From Candidatus Aenigmatarchaeota archaeon (GTDB lineage Archaea > Aenigmatarchaeota > Aenigmatarchaeia > CG10238-14 > SpSt-28), in assembly GCA_032249395.1 (NCBI GenBank), contig JAVVFY010000002.1:1-64000 (forward strand): DNA of 64,000 bases. The letters are read 5' to 3'. The notes under the pieces are model-generated. The model searched no databases. It saw only the letters and a list, made by a program, of their open reading frames with translations, and was not told the origin of the DNA. Positions 9,649 to 16,640 of this stretch are shown here, one piece after another. How positions within the stretch are numbered: position 1 is the stretch's first letter; the number at the start of each line of letters is the position of its first letter. The translations under genes and the position numbers were made by a program.

Positions 9649-11067
9649 ATGGATGCTAAATCGTTTCTTAAGAAAGTTCTTAAACAAATACTACCCGATA
9701 GAAAAACAGAGAGAGAGTTAAAAATCTTAGCCAAAAAAGTTTTATCTTTGGCAAAAAAGAAAGCAAAAAAATATAAAGCTGAAGCCATGATTGTTGGGAG
9801 CATAACCCGAGATACTTGGCTCCCCGATAAGAAAGAGTTTGACATCTTTATTCTTTTTCCACCCAATTTAACTATTCAAGAATTGGAAAAGTATGGTTTG
9901 GATATTGGCAAGCAAATCGTTAAAGAAATGAAAGGAAGTTTTACTTTAAAATATGCGCAACATCCGTATTTATCTGCAAAAATAAACGACGTAGAAGTAG
10001 ATATTGTACCTTCATATAAAATAAGAGACGTATCAGAAATGAAAAGTGCTGTAGATAGAACTCCATTTCATGTTAAGTACTTAGAAAAACATTTGAAGAA
10101 AAATCAAAGTAATGAAGTTAGACTCCTAAAAAAGTTTTTAAAATCTCACAACTTATACGGAGCTGATGCAAAGACGGAAGGGTTTTCTGGCTATTTGTGT
10201 GAGCTTTTGATAATAAAATATAAGACATTTTTAAACTTGTTAAAATCTGCTACAAAATGGAAGCTTCAGGAAATAATTGACATAGAAAATTTTTATAAAA
10301 AGGAAGAATACGAAGCAGTCAGAAGAATATTCAAAGATCAGCCTTTAATAGTAATAGATCCTACGGACAAGAATAGAAATGTTGCTGCAGCTTTAAGCGT
10401 AGAAAATTTTTATAAATTCAAAAAAGTATCGGAAGAATTTCTTATCAATCCTTGCGAGGAAACATTTTTTGGAAAAACGAATTATATTACTGATTTGGAG
10501 TTTTCTAGAATAATTTTGAAGAGAAACACAGAAATCCTTTTAATAAAATTTAAGCCACCAAAAGTTTCTCCAGACATACTTTGGCCTCAGCTAAGAAAAT
10601 TTGCAAACCGTATTGAGAATATACTAGAAGAAAGAAAGTACGAGTTTAAAGTTTATGGAAAAGGTGTATACACTGACGAAAATGAATTAGCACTAGTTTT
10701 ATTAGAAATGGAAGTAAATTCTTTACCGAATGTCCAAAAAATTATTGGACCTATTGTGTTTGACGAAAAAAACTCTAAATCATTTCTCGAAGCTCACAAA
10801 AATCCATTAGTTGGCCCTTATATTGAAGACAAAAGATGGGTAGTCGAGGTGGAGAGAAAATTCAAAACTGCTAAGGAAAAAATTGTTGACACCCTTAATA
10901 AGCCTTTAGATATACTTAAAGCTAAAGGGATACCAAACTATATCGCTGAAGCTATATCAAAAGGTTTTGAAGTTATTAGCGGCGAAGAAATTGAAAAGCT
11001 ATTAAGAGAAAGGAGAGATGTTGGAGTATTCTTTTATAATTATTTCTACAAGAAAAAACTAATTTAA
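9649..11067 (+). CDS. cca: CCA-adding enzyme (class I)
   Basis: GSITRDTWL..EFDIF, YAQHPY, SAVDRTPFH, GFSGYLCEL. Confidence 0.96.
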   Translation: MDAKSFLKKVLKQILPDRKTERELKILAKKVLSLAKKKAKKYKAEAMIVGSITRDTWLPDKKEFDIFILFPPNLTIQELEKYGLDIGKQIVKEMKGSFTLKYAQHPYLSAKINDVEVDIVPSYKIRDVSEMKSAVDRTPFHVKYLEKHLKKNQSNEVRLLKKFLKSHNLYGADAKTEGFSGYLCELLIIKYKTFLNLLKSATKWKLQEIIDIENFYKKEEYEAVRRIFKDQPLIVIDPTDKNRNVAAALSVENFYKFKKVSEEFLINPCEETFFGKTNYITDLEFSRIILKRNTEILLIKFKPPKVSPDILWPQLRKFANRIENILEERKYEFKVYGKGVYTDENELALVLLEMEVNSLPNVQKIIGPIVFDEKNSKSFLEAHKNPLVGPYIEDKRWVVEVERKFKTAKEKIVDTLNKPLDILKAKGIPNYIAEAISKGFEVISGEEIEKLLRERRDVGVFFYNYFYKKKLI

Positions 11068-11069
11068 TA

Positions 11070-11993
11070 ATGATAGTTTTAACATTTTTGGGCACAGTAT
11101 CAGGAATACCTAGCAAAGAAAGAAATCATCCAGCAATAGTTTTAGAGTATTTTTATTACAAAAAAGATACTTTGCTTTTTGATTGTGGTGAAGGAACACA
11201 AAAACAACTTATGAATGCTGGAATAAGCTTTATGGACATAAGTAAGATTTTTATAACTCATTGGCATGCAGACCACTTTGGAGGATTAATACCATTACTA
11301 CAAACTATGAACCTAGAAAAAAGGAGAAGCGAACTAACAATATTCGGACCTGAAGCAAGTAGATTTGTTCAAACCATATTAAATTTAGGATATTTTGGAT
11401 TGAGATTTCCTGTGAAAGCGGTAGACGTACCTTATGAGGGAAAACAAATTGTTAAAGTATATGAACACAAGTTATACGAAATACTTTCCATTCCGGTATT
11501 GCATACAATACCATCTGTTGCTTTCGCCTTTAAGGAAAAGGATGTGTGGAGGATCGATGAGAGAAGGCTAAAGGAATTGGGCTTGAAAAAAGGGAAGTGG
11601 CTAAAAGAATTGAAAGAAAAGGGAGAAGTTGTTTATAACGGGAAAAAAATTAGGATAGAAGAAGTAGCAAAGCTTCAAAAGGGTTTAAAAGTTGTATATA
11701 GTGGAGATACAAAACCTTGCGATAACATTATAGAATTATCAAAAGATGCTGATGTATTAATTCATGATGCAACCTTTTTGGAAGAAGATGAAGATACGCA
11801 AAAATATCATTCAAGTGTTAAAGATGCAGCAATAGTAGCAAAAAAGGCAAATGTCAAAAAACTGATTTTAACTCATATTAGTAGAAGATACAGAAATGAT
11901 GATATAGAAAGAATTATAAATGAAGCTAAACAAGTCTTCGACAATGTTGAAGTTGCATATGATTTAATGAAAGTTGTTTTAAAAAGAGAATAA
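11070..11993 (+). CDS. rnz: ribonuclease Z
   Basis: FLGT, DCGEGT, THWHADH, YSGDT, HDATF, LTHIS.RY. Confidence 0.96.
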   Translation: MIVLTFLGTVSGIPSKERNHPAIVLEYFYYKKDTLLFDCGEGTQKQLMNAGISFMDISKIFITHWHADHFGGLIPLLQTMNLEKRRSELTIFGPEASRFVQTILNLGYFGLRFPVKAVDVPYEGKQIVKVYEHKLYEILSIPVLHTIPSVAFAFKEKDVWRIDERRLKELGLKKGKWLKELKEKGEVVYNGKKIRIEEVAKLQKGLKVVYSGDTKPCDNIIELSKDADVLIHDATFLEEDEDTQKYHSSVKDAAIVAKKANVKKLILTHISRRYRNDDIERIINEAKQVFDNVEVAYDLMKVVLKRE

Positions 11994-12124
11994 AAGAGCA
12001 AAATTATGAAGCATAAAAGCTAGTCTCTAGAGATAATTATATTTATCTCTAGCCAAAAATGTCATTTTTTTGAACTTTATTTATAGTTTTTGTATTCTAC
12101 AGAATATATTTCAGTGTGAATGAA

Positions 12125-12331
12125 TCATTCATAAATCACATTAGCCTCCAGAACAATTGCTTTTCCTCCCCTCGCCCTTATAAAAGAAGCTATTTCTATT
12201 AATTTTTGAGTGCTTTCATGGGTCCAAACAGACTTCTGGATCATTCTTGCACCAATTTTGTTCAATTTTCTGTTTATCTTCAGTTTCAAAGCTGAAGAAC
12301 CACTTCCAAGTTGAAAAATAATCAAATACAT
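12125..12331 (-). CDS. stand-alone Cas2/PaaX-like ferredoxin-fold mini-protein
   Basis: YLIIF...K.KINRKL..IGA.MIQKSVW matches the Cas2/PaaX central-domain pattern; Q replaces the Cas2 catalytic Asp. Confidence 0.65.
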   Translation of the reverse strand: MYLIIFQLGSGSSALKLKINRKLNKIGARMIQKSVWTHESTQKLIEIASFIRARGGKAIVLEANVIYE

Positions 12332-12855
12332 TATGATACTTTAGTATCAAAAATATAAATACATTTATATACCGAAAAATATATATTAGTGTGAAGTAAC
12401 GAAAAAGAATGAATCAAAAAATATATAATATAAAATAAATTTTAAAAAAACAATATTATAAAATATAGTATGGTGTGAATATAAACTAAAGATAAAATAA
12501 GCTAAAGATAAAATTCGAAAAAGTGAAGATTTTGATAACGTGAGATGAGTTAAAAATAAAATCTGGCGTTGAAAGGTATCAAAAAAATTTAATAAGATAA
12601 ATTAAAAGTGATGAAAACCGTAGGTAAAATTCGAATCAAAAATATTGAAAATAAATAAAAAGAAAAGAAACAGAGATGTGAGAATTATTAAACATAAAAA
12701 ATATAAAATCACAAAGTGATGAAATTAGGAAAAGCAACTAACATCAGAAATAAAAATGAAAATTTAGAAAGCGTGATATAAACAATAGATAAATTCAAAC
12801 AATATGAAGGTGAGAGTTCTGAACAAAAATTTAAATACAAAAACTAATTACTTAG
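12332..12855. promoter_or_regulatory. 524-bp AT-rich, A-skewed intergenic region with repeated GTGA motifs (candidate origin/nucleoprotein site)
   Basis: 9 plus-strand GTGA vs 1 TCAC; ATCACAAAGTGAT palindrome 12708-12720; ctaaagataaaat direct repeat at 12486 and 12502; tgatact-tt-agtatca 12334-12349. Confidence 0.5.
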
Positions 12856-13707
12856 ATGGGCGTGATATCTTTTATAAAGAAAATATTATTTGGAGAAAAA
12901 CAACCTGAACGATTCAGCGATTCACAGCGATTTGAATCGATGAATCAATTGATTCGTATCGATTTGAATCGAGCTGAATCGGAAAGAATCGAGCTGAATC
13001 GAGCTGAATCGATGAATCAATCGATTGAATCGCCCAAATCAACAATTATCTCTAGCGAAAAGGAGGAAAAACCAACAATTTCTATCGATAAAGAATCTCT
13101 TAAGGTTGGCATGGCAGCTGGCTATATCTCACGCTCCCTAATAAGTATAGAAGATGGAATAGAAAGGATAGAAATTTCAATGCCATCCAAAGAATGGATA
13201 ACCATGAACATTCTTCCAAAAATAGAGCAAGTACAACAAGCAATATACAACATAAGGGAAATCCTAATGGATCATGAAAGAAACGAGGAAAAAAGATTTG
13301 AAGTATTATTAGAAGCAATAAACAAACTAAAAACTATGGCACCCTCACTACCAGAACCGATAAAAACTGAAATTTTATCTACAGTTGCGTCATTGAAATC
13401 TGCTACCCTAACTCCCAAAATGCAACAAATTCTCGACATTCTCAAAGAAAGAAGAGAAATTAGTTACCAAGAACTTGCTGAAAAACTTGGAATAACAACA
13501 GATGGTCTAAGAGGTATACTCTCCAGAATGGTAAAAGTATGTGACGAAATCGAGCGATTTGAAAAAGATGGTAAGGGATGGATAAGAATTAAATCGATTC
13601 AAAGCGATTTGAATCGATCAGAATCGCTAGATCAAAGCAGTAGACTAGAAATAAAAGAACAAAAAGAGGAAAATAAGGAAAATAAAGACCTTTCAGATAT
13701 GCCATAA
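12856..13707 (+). CDS. amphipathic-helix / coiled-coil / C-terminal winged-HTH protein
   Basis: N-terminal FIKKILFG; heptad-rich middle; LTPKMQQILDILKE..ISYQELAEKLGIT..GLRGILSRM wHTH. Confidence 0.75.
   Translation: MGVISFIKKILFGEKQPERFSDSQRFESMNQLIRIDLNRAESERIELNRAESMNQSIESPKSTIISSEKEEKPTISIDKESLKVGMAAGYISRSLISIEDGIERIEISMPSKEWITMNILPKIEQVQQAIYNIREILMDHERNEEKRFEVLLEAINKLKTMAPSLPEPIKTEILSTVASLKSATLTPKMQQILDILKERREISYQELAEKLGITTDGLRGILSRMVKVCDEIERFEKDGKGWIRIKSIQSDLNRSESLDQSSRLEIKEQKEENKENKDLSDMP
12909..13033 (+). repeat. intragenic GAWTC/GAATCG repeat array
   Basis: 12 GAWTC in ~125 bp, five at exact 10-bp spacing (12966, 12976, 12986, 12996, 13006). Confidence 0.9.
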
Positions 13708-13905
13708 ATTCACACTCTCAATAATTTCGATTCAATAAGAGATAAAATGAAAAAGAAAAAATATTGAAAAACAGAAGAAAATAAGAAAAAATATAAAGGT
13801 TTAAAGAGTATGATTTTACCTTTTAGTCTCACTCACGATCTATAGAATTGTAAAAAACGCGTTTCACAAACAATAACTTTTAAACACAAAAATACAAATT
13901 TGTGA

Positions 13906-14745
13906 ATGGAGGGAATCGAAAACATAGCAAAGATTCTTTGGAATTTGGGAATAACAATAACGAAAATAGAGAAAAATCGAATTTATGCAAAAGACTCTAA
14001 CGGAGAGTTATTGATAAGAATTAGCAATGTCGGACCAAAAATCAAAACCTACGATAAGAGGATTATAGTTATTTCGCCGTACGCTGCAAAAAGAATTGAG
14101 GAGGAAAGAATGAAGAAAATAATAGAAGGATACTCACAACCAGTATTCGTAAACAAGAAAAATCTCGAAGAGCTAGCCCCATCAACTCTATTCAAGATAG
14201 TAAATTATCTCAAGGAAAATCCTAATACTTACATAAAGAAGATCTCAGAAGACTTGAAAATTCACCCAGAGATAGTTAGAAGAAATTTGATAAAGATAAA
14301 AGATTACCTAGAAATAAAAGAATTTGAAAGTGGAATGAGTTTGCCAAAATTACCAAAGCTAATTTCTTTAAAAGAAGAAATACCTCCTGAAAAACTAACT
14401 GAACTCTCTAAAAATAAAATATCAATTTTACCAACTAGAAATAAAAGAAAAAGAAGAATTAGATACGAAAAAACAAGTAAATCTGAGGCCTTGTTTAAAG
14501 TACTGAAGTTTATAGAGGAAAACCCGGGAACTTACCTAAGAGAAATCTCACGAGAATTGAAAATATCTCCTTCTTTAGTTTACTCTTGTTTAAAAGAGGT
14601 AAACGAATTTCTAGAGCTCTCATCTCCCATAGGAAAAGAAGATATCGAACTACCAAATTTGCCGATTTCCATAAAGCTAAAACAAGGTTATACAGCTGAG
14701 GGAATTATAAGATACTTAAGATTCAGAAGAATGCTAAAGTTTTGA
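13906..14745 (+). CDS. tandem winged-HTH protein
   Basis: two internal repeats LFK(I/V)...ENP.TY(I/L)..IS..LKI.P..V, each followed by LP.LP..I.LK. Confidence 0.8.
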   Translation: MEGIENIAKILWNLGITITKIEKNRIYAKDSNGELLIRISNVGPKIKTYDKRIIVISPYAAKRIEEERMKKIIEGYSQPVFVNKKNLEELAPSTLFKIVNYLKENPNTYIKKISEDLKIHPEIVRRNLIKIKDYLEIKEFESGMSLPKLPKLISLKEEIPPEKLTELSKNKISILPTRNKRKRRIRYEKTSKSEALFKVLKFIEENPGTYLREISRELKISPSLVYSCLKEVNEFLELSSPIGKEDIELPNLPISIKLKQGYTAEGIIRYLRFRRMLKF

Positions 14746-15588
14746 ATTTTTTGTTTTTCCAGTAAGTCTACAAAAAGCACAAATTTCAGTATTAGTTGGT
14801 TCTCCACATATTTTACAAAACTTGAGTTGATCTTCATTTTCGAAATAGGCACTCATTTTTATTACAGAGTTCAAAAGTCTTTCCTTAAAGCCTGGAACTT
14901 CTGACTCAAGTTTATCTATAATATCATACCACTTGCTTGTTTTTTCATACAACTTTATCTTTTCCTTAAAGTATATGCAAAGACTTTCTTGAACGTACGG
15001 TACTCCAAGATTTTTTACAAATTCCTCATTTTCTTTTCTGCCAACAAAGAAAAGCGGTCTTATTTTTGTTAACAATTTTGGATTGTTGCTTTCCACTTTG
15101 GGCCTAAACTTACCTATCCAAGAATAGTTCATTCCAAGAATATTTTTGATGAAAAACACAAGAATATCATCTCCATGATGCCCAGTTGCTATCTTAGTTG
15201 CTCCAAGTTCTCTGGGAATTTTATTCATCAGATATCTTTTTATAACCCCACAATCGCTACAAACTGGTCTCCTATTCTTTTTTGCTATTTCGCGAAGATT
15301 GATACCTTCTTTCTTCAAATCGAATACAATAAGTTTTACTCCAGCTAATTCGCATTGTTTTTCAACAATCTCCTGAATTTTTTCTGAACCAATAGTTCCA
15401 AGGTTTATGTGAAATCCTATTATTTCAAAATCCGAATTTCTCTCCTCCTTAAATTTTTTTAACACAAACAAAACCGCCGCACTATCCTTACCTCCGCTCA
15501 AGGCTACAAAAATCTTATCGCCTCTCTCAACAAGCCTGTACTTTTCAATCGTTCTAAAAATTTTATTTAAGTATTCGCTCTGATTCAT
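14734..15588 (-). CDS. tRNA 2-thiolation ATPase, TtuA/TtcA/Ncs6 family
   Basis: SGGKDS PP-loop, CSDC, ATGHH.DD, C-terminal CKIC..CAFC. Confidence 0.88.
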   Translation of the reverse strand: MNQSEYLNKIFRTIEKYRLVERGDKIFVALSGGKDSAAVLFVLKKFKEERNSDFEIIGFHINLGTIGSEKIQEIVEKQCELAGVKLIVFDLKKEGINLREIAKKNRRPVCSDCGVIKRYLMNKIPRELGATKIATGHHGDDILVFFIKNILGMNYSWIGKFRPKVESNNPKLLTKIRPLFFVGRKENEEFVKNLGVPYVQESLCIYFKEKIKLYEKTSKWYDIIDKLESEVPGFKERLLNSVIKMSAYFENEDQLKFCKICGEPTNTEICAFCRLTGKTKNSKL

Positions 15589-15622
15589 AAAAGAAATAGT
15601 AAATAAGTAAAATAATTAGTTA

Positions 15623-15819
15623 ATGAAAGCTTTGATTGCAAACTTGGGCTTAATATTTCAAATTGCTGGTTTGCTCATGCTTCTTCCAATTATAACAGCC
15701 TATTATTATAGTGAGGCTGAACCAATGGTAGCTTTTCTGATTACTTCTATATCATTCTTTTCAAAGGCTTTATGATGAATACATTATCAGAAAGAAAAGA
15801 GTTAGATTATAAAACTTGA
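15623..15819 (+). pseudogene. trkH: N-terminal fragment of TrkH-type K+ uptake permease
   Basis: MKALIANLGLIFQIAGLLMLLPII...E, then frameshift to MMNTLSERKELDYKT; the rest is missing. Confidence 0.65.
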
Positions 15820-15823
15820 AGAA

Positions 15824-16462
15824 ATGGAAAAATATTTTGGGGAATTTAAAAATTTTCTAGGAAGAAGAATTCTTGATGTAGCCTGTGGTGTTGGATTATT
15901 TTCATTTTGGTTAGAGCAAAAAGGTTATGAAGTGGTCGGAGTTGATATAAACAAAAAAATGATAGAACTGGTGCTAAAAACAAAAAAGAAATATAAATTT
16001 AAATCTCAGTTTTTGTTAAGCGATGCGACAAATGTAAAACTAGAAGGAGAATTTGATAGTGCAGTCATTTTTGGAAATACTCTTTTCGTTCTTTCACCAA
16101 AAACTTTTGTCAACATAATCAAAAACGTTAAGAAGCATTTTAAGGAAAATGGCTATGTAATTATAAACTATAGAAGTTTGTTGGAGAAATTGGTAAATAA
16201 AGAATGGAAAGATGTATACTTTGATTCAGAGAGAATAGCTAGCTTTAATTTAAAGTATGATGACTCCAATGCTGGAATAACTAAGCTATATGTAGATCTG
16301 AATGGGGAGAAACTACCAATCAAAGAAACATTTTATGTATGGTCAAGTGGATTTTTAGAGGCAATAATGGAAGCTTTAGGTTTTGTTTTAGTAAAAAGAA
16401 TTAAAACTGAAGTTAGCATGTGCGAAGTTATGGATATTTATCAACTAAAATCAAAAGAGTGA
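15824..16462 (+). CDS. class I SAM-dependent methyltransferase
   Basis: ILDVACGVG, GVDI...M, FD. Confidence 0.85.
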   Translation: MEKYFGEFKNFLGRRILDVACGVGLFSFWLEQKGYEVVGVDINKKMIELVLKTKKKYKFKSQFLLSDATNVKLEGEFDSAVIFGNTLFVLSPKTFVNIIKNVKKHFKENGYVIINYRSLLEKLVNKEWKDVYFDSERIASFNLKYDDSNAGITKLYVDLNGEKLPIKETFYVWSSGFLEAIMEALGFVLVKRIKTEVSMCEVMDIYQLKSKE

Positions 16463-16552
16463 AATTACAGAATTCTAGCAATAACAGAAGTTGATATATA
16501 AGTTTTGCTATAAGATTATTCTAATTTGATTTCAACTTTCTTCATAAGCTAA

Positions 16553-16591
16553 AGATAAATCGCATACAGTCCCAAGTACTCTCCCCAGAAA
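16553..16591 (+). repeat. 39-bp dispersed non-coding motif, copy 2
   Basis: agataaatcgcatacagtcccaagtactctccccagaaa; 36/39 identical to 1155-1193. Confidence 0.85.
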
Positions 16592-16640
16592 GGATTTTTA
16601 TATGGCACTTACAATTTAACATTAGTAAATATAAATTAAG

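Noticed and set aside
1155..16591. 39-bp direct repeats as attL/attR of one integrated element
   Set aside because: The enclosed 15 kb is mostly essential housekeeping genes (thrS, cca, rnz, nop5).
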